Under the pieces are notes generated by a model. The model was not told where the DNA came from, ran no database searches, and saw only the letters and a list, made by a program, of their open reading frames with translations. Positions 50,062 through 62,480 of a stretch of DNA of 64,000 bases are shown here, piece after piece. Made by a program: the position numbers and the translations under genes. Positions within the stretch are counted from its first letter, which is position 1. Each line of letters opens with the position of its first letter. The stretch is from Eukaryota sp. TZLM1-RC (Eukaryota > Protista > Metamonada: BaSk clade), in contig JAUPSS010000004.1 in NCBI GenBank assembly GCA_040285825.1, forward strand, positions 2,398,550 through 2,462,549. The letters run 5' to 3'.

Positions 50062-50611
50062 TGTGAATTTCTATCAAAACGCACTTCTGGCTTTTGACCA
50101 ATTCATGCAATCTTGATAGACGTTAAGCATACTTTAGATCTATCACTATATGATATCACGATCAAATGATAGTTAAAGCAGCAACATCACAATACGCGTA
50201 CAGGTACGCAATACATGGAAAAACGCTTATCTATGGGGTCTCCGGAACGCCTCAGGTCTTTCATTGTGGTAGTGCTCACTTATGGCAATCTCCAGTTGGT
50301 TTCTGGAAGCTGACATGTCCCTCGACCAGAGTGTCTGACATTGAGGGCATACAAACTTTTCATTGTTCACCCTCCTATCATCGTGATACAACTTTTGATT
50401 GAATACCTTACAGCAATTCGTTTTGGCAGATGTGTAGAATTCATCTCCATTGGCCTTCACATATGTAAAATGTTTCTGAATCTCCTTCAGAAAGCGCTTC
50501 CTTGGTGTTTTCACAGCTTGTCTTGATGGCCCATCACCTCCACTACCAAACCAAATTATGGTTTCTCTTCCATTAGCCATTAGTTTAATTTTTTCAATAA
50601 ATCCCATTATT
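50062..50611 (-). mobile_element. Fanzor family A 3' fragment with complete right end
   Basis: ORF 50227-50607 near-identical to 35214-35594; non-coding end to GAAATTCACA at 50062. Confidence 0.9.
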
Positions 50612-50620
50612 CTTGATCAT

Positions 50621-51702
50621 GTTTAGAATTCATTTGTTGTTATTAGAACCTTGTTGGCTTAAATCCTTATTATATTCTTACACAAATTGAATGAATTGAT
50701 GTGACATCTCAAAGTGAGGAGGAAAGTTCATTTATGCGAATAATAATATTTGATATTGCACAATTGATAAATTGAGTGTGAATTCCAAAGATAATTTTCT
50801 AGAGTATCACTTTGTCTACTTGTAGTTTTTGTTCACCTTTTTTTAATGTTAAGGAAAGCACTAATGTTCTGAAAGAGCAAGGTAACAAAATTTTGAATCG
50901 TTAAGTTTAGTTGAATCTCTTATTGAAAATAATAAAATGTAGGGAAAATGATGGTGAAACAACTTTGATGATAAAACAAGGTGTCATCTAGTAGTTCTAT
51001 TTTGATTAATTATCATATCCCTTATTTACTTCCCCCTATTTATAAGAGGGAACAATATTCAAGATTTTTGATTAAGAGCACTGTTTTGCATTAATTTTTT
51101 AACAGAGGACCAGGAGAGTAATCGTTTTGTTGTTCTTCCCTTGCTATAATCTTGTATATCATCTAATAATCAAATTTGAAAAGACAAGTTTGTTGTACTT
51201 GTACTTTTCCGAACATAAGGACATTCTTGGTAAGAAGTTGGCTTATTTATGTGTTGTGAAAATGGGGATATGGTTTGATGGACGCCAGTTTAAAAGTAAT
51301 AAGATTAAAAACACCAAACTTTATTCAGAAAATTGAATGTACATCATGTGGAGCATCAAGACTGTTGGAGAAACAGTATCGTTCATTCAACGTAGAATGG
51401 AGTTGAAACAATACAAGGTAACGGCAAAAGAATTCCAAGAAAAAGCAACATATATCGATGAGCCTGATATCAATCCTTCTCAATATCAAGGAATGACCTC
51501 TGCTGTTGCTGATCCAGGTAAATCTGATCTACTCTATTTTGCTGTAAATTTGGCTACTGGATTGAATCATTCAAAAAACCTCAAAGAGACAAATATGTTT
51601 TTTCAGGTACACTCAAAATCAACGAAAATTTTTGTCTTGAATTATGAATTTGAAAAGACAAAGAGATAGTATACGAAATAACACTTTAGTAACAATAATT
51701 AA
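50621..51702 (+). mobile_element. Fanzor family B internal fragment (inverted copy of 1428-2506)
   Basis: Near-identical reverse complement; keeps AVADPGKSDLLYF RuvC-I motif. Confidence 0.85.
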
Positions 51703-52157
51703 AATAATTAAAACTTGATTACTATTGTAGAGATAATTTCCGAATTGAATTTGATTTGATTTACAATAATTGAAAATTGAGCTACAGAACTAGCTTACTG
51801 CTTCATTTTGTTGCTGGTTTCAGAATTTCACTTCAGTAGTTGCAAACCGTTTTGTCATTGAAATAGTTGTTTTAAATTTTGGAAATTTAATATGTCTATA
51901 ACTAATGAAGAATACTAAATTAAAAACTAGATTTGTTGAGTGTGAAAATCGCAAACTCAACAGATTTGATGATGTTGATGTGTGTAATGAGGATAATGAG
52001 TTCTAGTTTTATTTCAATTGATATTTGTTTTTCAAAAATAAATAAATTGAAGCGGCAACATGCAGTTGTTAAACGTGTTCCAACAATTGTAGGATTCGAG
52101 AAAACTAAACCAATGAACTGCTCAAGCCAAGGCAAAAAAGATAAAAATATTTTTTAT

Positions 52158-53222
52158 TTACAACCGTGAATGAACGTCAAAAGCTTCATTGATTTTACCA
52201 AAAACAAATCCTAATCGATTTTTTTCTGAATTGTTAAATAATTCTATTTCCCTCTTTAAAAAATCAATTTTACCGCGAAGTCGACCCTCAACAACCATTT
52301 TTGAAACAATATCGACAACTACAGACTCTGATTCAATATTTAAAATTTTTGAAAGGGTACCTATATCAACAACCTTATAAAACTTTGATATTGCAGAAAT
52401 ATTATGTTCTCGAATAGCACCATCAACTACAGTGGTGACGTTATCTGCACCAACTGCAAAGTGATGTGGACAAAGAAAAGGCTTGAGAGCGGTGACATCA
52501 TCAGAGGTCAAAAATCGTGATTTATGAGCCTTTTCTAGAATTCCACGTAATGGTGAGCTGGCAGTATGTTCATTTGAATATAACTGAGCTAAATGATTTA
52601 AACGTTGAGGTCCAGCGGGTTCCAACAAAGCAGTGACGATGGCTGACGTCAGAGCCTCTTGTGCAGCCGATGGGTCCTTGTTGCTGAGAATAATGTAGGA
52701 GCGAGTGGCGGCGTGAAAGTTACGGAAGTAGTCGAATAATCTTGCCTGTCCGCCAAGATAGGCACAGTATAGACGAGAATCTTTGGCTTCGTGGACGAGT
52801 GGCGTGGCCTTGCGTAGGTATTGATCAGCTAAAGCATGCTCGAAGATAGCAATATGGATCTGTGCAATTGAAACTAAGATCCATGCTTTCTTACGAGAAT
52901 CAGTAAGAAAATCGAGAGGAACTTTTTTCAAGACGTCAATAGCTGCATCTGGATGTGCTATATCAAAGAACTTCGTGGCAGTGGTCTCTGACAAAGTGAG
53001 TATTTGATCTGCAAATTGACTTGCTTGTGAAGATAGTATAGAGATAACGTCGAGGAGCACAGATATTATATCTTCAGATGTATCTTTAGCTGCTTGAGAT
53101 GCAAATTCCTCAAGAGTAGTTTTCAATGTGGAGAATGATGTTGAAGGATCAGCAATCAGTTTGTTCAAAGTAGAGATTACATGCTGTTGGTCTGTTATTT
53201 GATGAAGGAGTTGGGTATACAT
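52158..53222 (-). CDS. COPS4: COP9 signalosome subunit 4 (PCI domain)
   Basis: ARLFDY.RNF..A, L.PAGPQR...LA.LY..E, L.PHH.A, AI.EHNI.AISK.Y, MV.EGRL.G.ID. Confidence 0.88.
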   Translation of the reverse strand: MYTQLLHQITDQQHVISTLNKLIADPSTSFSTLKTTLEEFASQAAKDTSEDIISVLLDVISILSSQASQFADQILTLSETTATKFFDIAHPDAAIDVLKKVPLDFLTDSRKKAWILVSIAQIHIAIFEHALADQYLRKATPLVHEAKDSRLYCAYLGGQARLFDYFRNFHAATRSYIILSNKDPSAAQEALTSAIVTALLEPAGPQRLNHLAQLYSNEHTASSPLRGILEKAHKSRFLTSDDVTALKPFLCPHHFAVGADNVTTVVDGAIREHNISAISKFYKVVDIGTLSKILNIESESVVVDIVSKMVVEGRLRGKIDFLKREIELFNNSEKNRLGFVFGKINEAFDVHSRL

Positions 53223-53295
53223 TGTTTAAGATTGAAAATTTTTGTTACATCAAGTCAAGTTTCTACTTTTCTTAAACTTTCACACTGGACAAAAT

Positions 53296-53886
53296 AAAAT
53301 CATAACTAATGGGACAAAATTCAATGAACCAAGACTTCCTCTACAAAATCTTGATTTGCTTGCTGTCTAGATAAAGCTTCTCTAATTCGATTGAAAAACC
53401 GAGATAATCTATTAATAGTGGCAAATTGAATCCGAAAGCGCCATAAAAAATATCAAATCTTTTCATTGTTTTTTCTGGAACCATTTTTTGGAAATCATTC
53501 AAAAAAGTTCCTGCTTCTACTGATAGTTTTCCGTTTATCGAAAATGGGAAAACAATAAAAACAAATGGTCCATTTCTATCAGCATTAGCTTCTTCCATAT
53601 CTTTATGATATTTTCTATGTTTTTCTTTAGCTTTAAATTCAAGAGCACTTACAGGATTGAGTTTTCTTCTGTGAACCAAAGTGTCATTTGCAACATTACA
53701 TGAAACAAAGTCAACAATAGCTTCAGAGTTATCAATCCAATCACAGTATACATCACCTCTATCATCAGAACCAAAACTATTCAATGATAGTGTTTCCTTC
53801 AGCAGAGGCTCTTTGATGCACGAAATTCTTGCAGTTTGTGCCATATTAAAAACAGTGTCTCTAACAGCATCATGTAATGAAGAACG
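53296..53886 (-). mobile_element. 3' fragment of the 22-24.6 kb CRE family
   Basis: MAQTARISCIKEPLLKETL..DRGDVYCDW nearly identical to 24010-24590. Confidence 0.9.
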
Positions 53887-55260
53887 CTAAGTCAAGTTCA
53901 ATATGACTTGACTTAACGACTGACTGAAGTCACAGTCAAATACACACTGGACTTAGCAGGTTCAGACATTTGAAAGAAGATCGGTTTATCACTATGATAT
54001 TTCTTGTAAAATTTTGGTTTACCAATGGCCTAGTGGATTTAGCTTCTGAATTATTAATTGATTTATTGAAACCGCACCCTGATTACTCGCAGTTTGCTCC
54101 TGAATTGTTGAATCAACCACAATAAATCGTGTTACAATGAAGATATTTGCACATTGTTTTTAATCAAGTGAAACATAAACAGTAGTTGATACTGATGTTC
54201 TGTATCTAATTTATGTTTTTGTTTCAACAGTTGATAGTTGCCTTCTCATGATACACCCTTTTAAGTTAAAGTATTTCATCATTTGACAATGTTATCCCAC
54301 AAACATTCATCAAATTCTTTTTAAAGAAAACAGCATTTAATTTTCTAACATTATTTCATCAGTATTTTCTATACTTCTTTTAATGATCTATGTTTTATAA
54401 CAATATTATCTCAGTGAAAAGTTGGTTTGATATTTGAACACAAAATAAACTATGAATTTCGCATATAGTGCCCATTTGATAATTTTAACTGATTTGTTGT
54501 ATTGATTCAGAATACTATGTTCTAATCTAGGTGCCTTTGACATAGTGGAGACAGGAGAGAAAAAATGATATGATGTTGATGGTGCCCTAAATGTTGAAGA
54601 GTACTTGTTTTGGAGTGTTGCGAATGTCTGTATGTTGAGGAACCTCACGACTTACAATGTTAAATTCAAATGAATAAGGACTCTGAAGAGACCTAGAACT
54701 TTGTAGAGGTCTTTGAGAGAAATTTCGAGCTCTGATTCGAAAAAAATCTAAAAAGGTGTAAGAAAGTTGTTTGAAATATACTACTGAATTAGTGCTCTGA
54801 AAAAATTTTGCGAAATAAAATCATTGTCATAGACTCGGTTTGTTGATTGTGATTGGAAAAAAGGGTGAATGTTTGGTTGATTACTTCCAACAAATGAATA
54901 TTTATAACAGAAAACAGAGGAGGAATATAATTGAACTGATGGAATATTACATTTTGGGACATTGAATGCAACCATACAGTTCAATTTCCAAAATTTGACA
55001 CTGGTTTATCTTAAATCAAAGTGTTCACCTTAAGAATCAAACATTACCAACTCAAAAATGTGGACACCAGGTAACTGACTTTGATTTAAGGAGTCAAAAA
55101 GAACAGCCGGCTTTCAGGAAAAAATTAACAAGCCAGAATAGATTATTGTATTTTGATCAAAAAAATATTTTACAGCCATTGATGATCAATTTAAGCACTA
55201 AGTGATTGCTCTGTTTATCATAGGACAATCCCAAACTATATTACAAAAACTACCAACAAG

Positions 55261-56505
55261 TTAAATCTGCCACCTAAACGTTGAGTCATACTCCTCTTCA
55301 CAGAAATGGTAATGTTTCAACAACATACTCAACCTTTTATCAATTCCATCTATCAATGCTGAAAACACATCATATGGAGTTGCTATGGACTCAACCAAGC
55401 ATCCTTCAAGGTTTCTATCAACCACCTCAGTCGGGCAAAACTTCTCTCCGTCAAATGATTTGATCATAAGTTGTACAATTAGTGAATTAACAAAATAATC
55501 ATTTAAGAATGAAAACAACTGGTCCTGTCTACTCAAAATGACCTCCTTCAACCTTGCAGGTAAAACACAAAAATCTGTCTTTGGAACTTTCTTTTTGGGT
55601 GGAGTAAGATTGATCATGTGTGAAAGTACAAGAGGTGGTTGTTCCAATAGGGAAATGATAAACCGCTCATCACAGAGTGACACAGACCGACTCAATGTTG
55701 AACTACCTCCCATGAAACCATTATCCATGAGAATGAATCTCCATAATGAGTTGGAAAAAAAGACATTGGTCATTGCACGACTTCCTCGGTCATTGTTGAC
55801 CATCAGAAAGTCCATAATAGAAATCTCAGTCAAGTCAGAAACCATCATTTTGTGTTCATGCTCTTCTGGTACATTGCGGAATGGAGTCTGCAGGGAGTTT
55901 CGAAAATTTGGAGGATAGCGTTCGGCACGATATCCTGTACTTATATCAGCCATGGTTGGTGTAGCAACACCTATGACGACTGGTTGCCCTTCATAATGAT
56001 AGATGCATTGTTTGTTGATCGATGGAAATAGGGAAGCATCAAGGGCCAAGGGTAAATGGCATGGAATTGGTACAGAAAGATCTAAAAAATCAGCAAGAAC
56101 AAAGGCAAGATACTCGCCAAACGCCTGAGTTCCAAGTTTGAAGGGACCCCAAGGTTCCTTACATTGGAGTTTAAAATAGAAACTTTCATCAGAATGTGTC
56201 GTAACCTGGTAGAGTTGGGGTGTACTAGATCTACGAACGTCAGCAATATCAAAGTGATTCACATCTTGAAACTCAGAATATATTACATTCGTACGGGAAC
56301 AACTCTGAAAGTCTATAGTTGAAGTGAGGGAGCGTGTTCGTGAAGGGAGCGAGTTGTTGTCATGTGTAGAATCGACAACACTCACTTGGTGAAAAGTCGA
56401 AAATGAAACAATGAATAACAGAAGAAAGAAGGCAGATATGCCAATGAGGAGGACAGTTCGCCTGAAAGAGCCCTTGTAGAGCGAGATCAGACATGCCTTT
56501 AACAT
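55261..56505 (-). CDS. Type II membrane FAM20/Four-jointed/FAM198-like secretory-pathway kinase
   Basis: N-terminal TM anchor; FYFK, GEYLAFVLADFL, DFLMVNNDR, ILMDNG motifs. Confidence 0.7.
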   Translation of the reverse strand: MLKACLISLYKGSFRRTVLLIGISAFFLLLFIVSFSTFHQVSVVDSTHDNNSLPSRTRSLTSTIDFQSCSRTNVIYSEFQDVNHFDIADVRRSSTPQLYQVTTHSDESFYFKLQCKEPWGPFKLGTQAFGEYLAFVLADFLDLSVPIPCHLPLALDASLFPSINKQCIYHYEGQPVVIGVATPTMADISTGYRAERYPPNFRNSLQTPFRNVPEEHEHKMMVSDLTEISIMDFLMVNNDRGSRAMTNVFFSNSLWRFILMDNGFMGGSSTLSRSVSLCDERFIISLLEQPPLVLSHMINLTPPKKKVPKTDFCVLPARLKEVILSRQDQLFSFLNDYFVNSLIVQLMIKSFDGEKFCPTEVVDRNLEGCLVESIATPYDVFSALIDGIDKRLSMLLKHYHFCEEEYDSTFRWQI

Positions 56506-57656
56506 CGAGAGGTAAAAAACCCATATGTCACGTTGCCAGAATCCATTTTAGGCCAACATGCTTGAGTTCTTTTGTACATTCATTATATACTCTTTTAACA
56601 CCGTTTATCTACATTTGTTTGATGGTCTCCGATTGCAAAAGTTGTAACAATTGAGCCTGAAGACTGATAAAATAAGTCTACTTCTTCAGTATGACCAACA
56701 AACAGTATTTCCAATTTTCCGACATAATTCTGAAAAAGAATAGAAAAATTGTTTTGCACCAGTACGAACATGGCATCAAGAAATGACAAACAGTTTAATA
56801 ATTATTCAATTATACTTCATGTTTTGAACTTGAATTTGACTCTTATACACTTCTAATTTAGCCTTTTCAACATTCTCTAACATCTGTTTTCATTAAATCA
56901 GAAGTGAATGATTTGTTACAAGGATTTGCTTCAGACTTGTAATTCAGAATGAACTTTCTGGCCATTATTCTTAGGCCTAATAGGATCAACTAGTTTTTTG
57001 TTATCATTTTACTCTCCGCTACAGGGAAGTGCTTGTTACATGTCAAGAGCCATTTCTCTTGAGCATGTCATGAGAATTATCGTGCGCTATTGATCAATGA
57101 TACATTAATTTGGGACATTTTCCTATGTGGTGAAAATTAGCACTTGCCGAAAATTTAGCAGTGCCGTTAGTATTATAAAGAAGAACAAGTGGATACAAAC
57201 CTAATTTCCTTCTTTTATTGATAACCGATCGACAAACCTCTCAAATTGAAGCCATATTTCTAAAGTAATTGCGTAATGAAGGAAGGCTCCTGTGAGAACC
57301 AGCTGATTCTTCACAAATGTTGTTTTAGTGTTATGTTCCACTTCAGTGGCCTTGGGAAAAGCTTTATTAAACTAACACATACTTAAAAGTCCATTATTTC
57401 GTGAATTTTGACATATTTTTTGCTGAGCTTTTTAATACACGGGGGACGTGATTAGATGATTCGTTGAGCGGTTTGGACAACAAGGGTAAGAGTAGTTGAA
57501 TTCAATTAGGCAAATTTATACAAGGTACTGTTTTCAGAAGTGTTGTTTCAACGAGAACTTACAACACCTTTTTGATCAGAGGAATTTCTACGTACAAACA
57601 TTTTATAAAGTTAAAAGATTGAATTGTTGTCAAGATGATATTCAAACACTGACAAA

Positions 57657-57730
57657 TGTTTCCGCCGAGACTCGAACTCGGGACCATCTGTGTGTTAGAC
57701 AGATATCCTAACCAACTAGACCACAGAAAC
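57657..57730 (-). tRNA. tRNA-Val(AAC)
   Basis: GTTTCTG acceptor stem, D-arm TGGTCTAGTTGGTTAGGA, anticodon arm TCTGT-CTAACAC-ACAGA, T-loop GTTCGAG. Confidence 0.95.
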
Positions 57731-57789
57731 TGATGCATTTCAACAACAACAAAATTTAAATTTCATTTGGCATTATTGTACCTGTTTTC

Positions 57790-60178
57790 AAACAGTTGTT
57801 TTTCTCACTCACTGTTTCTAGTTGAGCTTCCTGAGAATATTTCTCACAACGGTGATCAAAAATATGATAAAAGATGTGTTTTTTGTCAAAAGCCTGTTTT
57901 TGTTAATGATTCTAGTCGCCCTTAACTTTTCTGTGATTCTTGTGTTGCTGCCGATCAGTTACGTTGCCACATCAGAGTTCCTGCTCAGCTGAGTCTGTTG
58001 GCTTCAATACTTTTTGCTGTTGTTCTTTGTGCCTTTACTGAAAATCTGCGTAAAGGATTATGGGATTTTAATCCGATTCGGAATTTTTTTCTAAAAGAAG
58101 ATATAAACTTTTATCAAAAAATCAAATTTTTACAAAGAATGATTTTTTCAAAAGAAAAGTTAGTAACAAAATTAGCTTTAAAAGGACGTGTTGGTTCTGC
58201 AAAGCAATGTTTATTTTCTTCCGATTTAGCTGAACGCAATGAAAATACATTGTCCCAATTAAATAATGTTCATCCAGAAGAAAATTGTTCATTGTCCCAA
58301 CCAGATTCAATTGATTATTGGCTGAAAAATCCTGTAAATGTTCCAGAGGTCTCAAAACTGATTCATCATATGCCTGCAGATAAAGCTCCAGGAACATCTT
58401 TGATAAATTTTGCTATGATCAAGACATTGTCCTGAAATCTCTTGTTTTTAATAGAATTGGGGGAAAAGCCCAAGAATTTTTCAGCCCGTTTCAATTTGGA
58501 ATCAAAACAATTGATGGTGCTTCAGCTGCTGTCTTTTCGTCTGATGTATTCTTTTATTCTAGTAATTCTGGTTTCATTGTCAATTTGGATTTCAAAAATG
58601 CTTTTAATTCTGTATCCCGATCTTCCATTTTATTTTTGTTGCAAAAAATTTTTCCTGAAGTTGTGTCTTATTTCTATTCTTTTTATGGAAAATCATCAAC
58701 ATTGGTCCATGAACATTTTGACCTGCTTTCTTCCTCATGTGTTAAACAGGGCGATCATCTTGGTTCTTTTTTCTTTTGTTTGGTAATTCATCTTTTGATG
58801 TGCGAATTAAAAGAACAATTTCCAGAAATTGATATTGTAGCATATATGGATGACATTTTTGTCATTGCTCCTATTTCAGTTCTCAAAAAAATAGCATCTT
58901 TTATTCAACAGCGTTTTGAAGACATTGGTTTCTCATTCAGTATTGCCAAATGTCTGATTATTGGTCGTGAACAAAATGATTTTTTCATTAATGACTTCAA
59001 TGTTCCCTTCATCAATTACGATCAGTCTGGTTTTCGTTATTTGGGGCGGATATTTCGGAAATATTGATGGTGTCAAAAGCCAACTTTCGTGTTTGTTGAC
59101 TCAATTTTGTCGTATTTATATAAACAAAGGACCAACTTTTTGGCAAAATTATTAGAAATTGATGCATCTCAATTACGAAGCCACATTTTTTGTGGTACAG
59201 ATTTTGGTGGTGTTGATTTTCATAAATCAAGCTACCTTTGTAAAGCTGCATTTATTGGAGGTGGTAAAAATTTTATCTTTGAATTTGCGAATCGCTTTCC
59301 AGAAAAAATTGATCTCATTGAAAATTGTGGCAGCTCTTATCTTATTACTTTGCAACATGAAATTGAAACTCTTTCACCAAATATCTGGTTCAAATGAGTT
59401 CCCTCTGATATTGTGGAACTTCCTTCAAGAAGCATGCTCTATTTACCACTGACTTTTGCAAAATTGCATAAAATTTATTCAAAAGTTTTAGAAAACTTGA
59501 ATTATTTTGTACATTAGCTTGGCTAAAGAAAAAATTCCGTTTTTGCAAACTTGTTGATTGACCTTGAAGACAGTTGCTCAAGTTGCCTAATCTCCCAAAT
59601 TCCCAACATTTACGGCCTTCTACTTAATGATCATCAATGGATTACTGTTATGAGAATGTAAATGTTTCTTATAGCCTTGTTCGTTACGAAATGATTTAAT
59701 TTGTCGCTGCAAGATTGTGGTTACACTTTCCGATATTTTAAACTGTAAATATTTTATAACTTATCGCTCAATTGTTCATGATTCAGTTCGTGATAAATTA
59801 TATGTTATGTGTAAAAGTTTCAATATAGAGACTTTAATTGAGCCATTAGTTTGTAAGGTATCTCCAGATCAAACTGATGATGCCTTTGGTCAAAAAAGAA
59901 CAAATTTAGTAGCTCCGGGGATCGATGGTGTTCTCAACGTTGTGGATGTTGACACAGTAGATGTCTGCAAAAAATTCTGCTGCTCCTTTGGTGTATTCCA
60001 CAGATTCGCCACTATCCAACGCCAAAAAAAGAAAATAAAGAAATATGAAGAACCATTGGCACAGTTAGGTAGAGTGGAACAGGTAAAATATAAGTTTGTG
60101 CCGTTTGCAATTTGTCTTTTTGGCAATATTGGACCTTCAGGGTTACACTTTTTTGAAAATTTCAAACAAGTTTTACGG
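57790..60178 (+). mobile_element. Decayed CRE-like retrotransposon (RT + RLE)
   Basis: KAPG.S, DFKNAFNSV, VKQGD.LG..FFCL, AYMDD, FRYLG, HDSVRD, FVPFAICLFG; same family as 9719-10096 and 34301-34878; 5' limit approximate. Confidence 0.88.
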
Positions 60179-60609
60179 TGTTAGTCTTGGATAATATTTG
60201 TATTTATAGCTTATTTATAGTTTATTGTACAAATGCGCCTGTGCGCCTAAGTTGAGGGAAATCCTCTTTCTCTCATAATAAATCTCATTACATTTCAGGT
60301 ATGATGTATGTCTAACCCATCCAGATCATCAACTGAATAGATCTCGTAAAAAAATTCCATTTTCTGGTTTACAATTGTTTGACCAAAAACTTTAATCTTT
60401 CTAAGTTCATTCCCTTTTTTCTGGATGGAACAGGTATTTAAAGGCAACTTTGCATTTGAAATGTACAACAGTCTAAAAAAGGACGTCAAAAAGGACATGT
60501 CCAATTTGCCAAGTTTGCACAAACAGTTTCAAAGCAAATGATTTGATTGAAATGTAGTTCAAGCTGAATCTATTAGCAAATTATTAATGTATGCTAAAAT
60601 ACAAAAATA

Positions 60610-62480
60610 CAGTCTCAAAATCAATATCTTCAAAACAAGCTTCAACACCATGTAACCGTACAACAGCATTGTTTTCGTAATGTGTACTGATAGACATCAG
60701 AGCTTTTTAAATCATTTTAGGACTTGCTTTGAAAATAGTTAAAACAATACGATTCAACCACAAACGGCGATCAAACAGCTTATTTATTCTTCTCTTTACA
60801 AGATTTTCAAAATCATCAATATATTTCATTGCAGTTTTTTCAAGACGTCCATACAAAGAAATAGCAAACGGGCAAATTTGGTAATCCACATGGCTAACAT
60901 GTTTCAATTCTCTCAAAGAATTTGCATAATTCTATCGTTTGTACAATTCTGAATCATCAGATTGATACTTCAGATTGAACATCTTTCAAGGCATTATTCT
61001 TGCAAAAATCTACTGTAACGACATTAATAACATTCAAGACATCATCAAACGAGGGCACAACAATATTAGCACGTCGTTTTCCATATGTTGAATCTCTCAA
61101 ATTTTCATTTTCATCAAGAGACCTCAACAACGGTTCTACAAAGGATTCAATATAATAGAAATTGCACATTGCAAGGCATCATCATCATCTCTGACGGCAT
61201 CATGCAAAGTGGAACGATAAGAAATAAATCTGTTGCAAATAAATGAATGTGATAATGTCAAACCAGCTCCACATTTGCAAAACAGATCATTGGACAAATG
61301 ACAGGACCATAAATAACAACGCAATTTTATGGCAGTGGTTCATTGGTCGTCATTTAAAAACAAGCCATAAACCTAGGGAATTTGGTTCAGCAAAACTGTA
61401 GATGAACTCTCCTTTAAATCAATCAAAAAATTTGCAAAAACAGGATTGTGTTGCTTAGCCGTGCTAAGTCGAACAATAAAATTCCTACTTTCAAATTTTT
61501 TCAAAAGATGTTTTTGGATTTTTTTCTGTGCAAACTTCATTGAAAACAAACTTCTTTCTGGAATGTCTTGAATGGCTATAGGGAAACATTTATGCCATAA
61601 TTTAGGAGATAAACTTGATACTTCGTCCCTTGAATTATCCAGGATTATACTATTTGTTGCTTCAAAAAGGTTTTCGGCAAAAGGATATCTTCTACAAAAT
61701 TCAAAAACAAAATTTTCTTCCACCACCATGCAGCCAGCTTTGGTTAAATGGGCTACAAAAATTGAAAGTTAATGATGGAGGTAACGATCGAAGCAAATGC
61801 GTAATTTTTCCACAATAACAAAATTTCAAAAGAAAAAACTTGAGATGTTTTTTCAATTCTAGGGTTTTAATCACTTCAAGCTCTTTCTTAATTGAATCGA
61901 AAGTTATTAGATATTAAGGCAATCACGTGTTTTTTTAGCAGAAGCTAGGTAACAACCAAGAAAGCCGGAACTAGTTGAAGTATGATCAGTTAATGGTACT
62001 TCCAGAAAATTGATTATCAATTGAACATTATTTCTTGAAATACAGAAACATTTTTGAACATTCAAATCAAGACCTATGGATTGATATAATGTAGCAGCTC
62101 CATAAGCAATCCTTTAATTTGTACTTTCTGGTCCAATAGAGGAATTGTCATTCATATAACCACTTGAAGGTCAGGATTTTGTTCCTTTGGTTTTTCCAAA
62201 ATTGGATGAATTGCGAGACAAAAAAGAAAGATTCTAAAGGATCTCCTTGTTTAAAACCTGGTAACGAATCGAGATCAAATTAAATTATATCAGACGTATT
62301 GCCATAAAACCTAAAAAATGATGTTTCGAGTTCAGCAGGAAAATTTGACAAAAGTTCTTTCCAAATTAAATCTCTTTTCACTGAATTGAAAGCATTTTTG
62401 AATACAAGATTAAAATGCAATTGTTGTCCTTACAATTAATAAAAATCAGATGTTTAAGCTGCAACTGATGCTCCATTAGC
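60610..62480 (-). mobile_element. Decayed CRE-like retrotransposon
   Basis: KNAFNSV, QGDPL..FFCLAIHP, CKCGAGLTLSH..C..HDAVRD, RRANIVVP, CPFAISLYGRL..LWLNRIV. Confidence 0.85.

Noticed and set aside
49802-50110. Extended PNO1 N-terminus (MHELVKSQK...)
   Set aside because: The extension lies in the Fanzor end; the conserved protein fits the ATG at 50044
54000-55200. Possible DNA polymerase B or transposon remnant (FWDIEC)
   Set aside because: Single motif in stop-ridden sequence; unsupported
56560-57480. VGHTEEVD motif suggesting a DDE transposase relic
   Set aside because: One short motif, no TIR or TSD found
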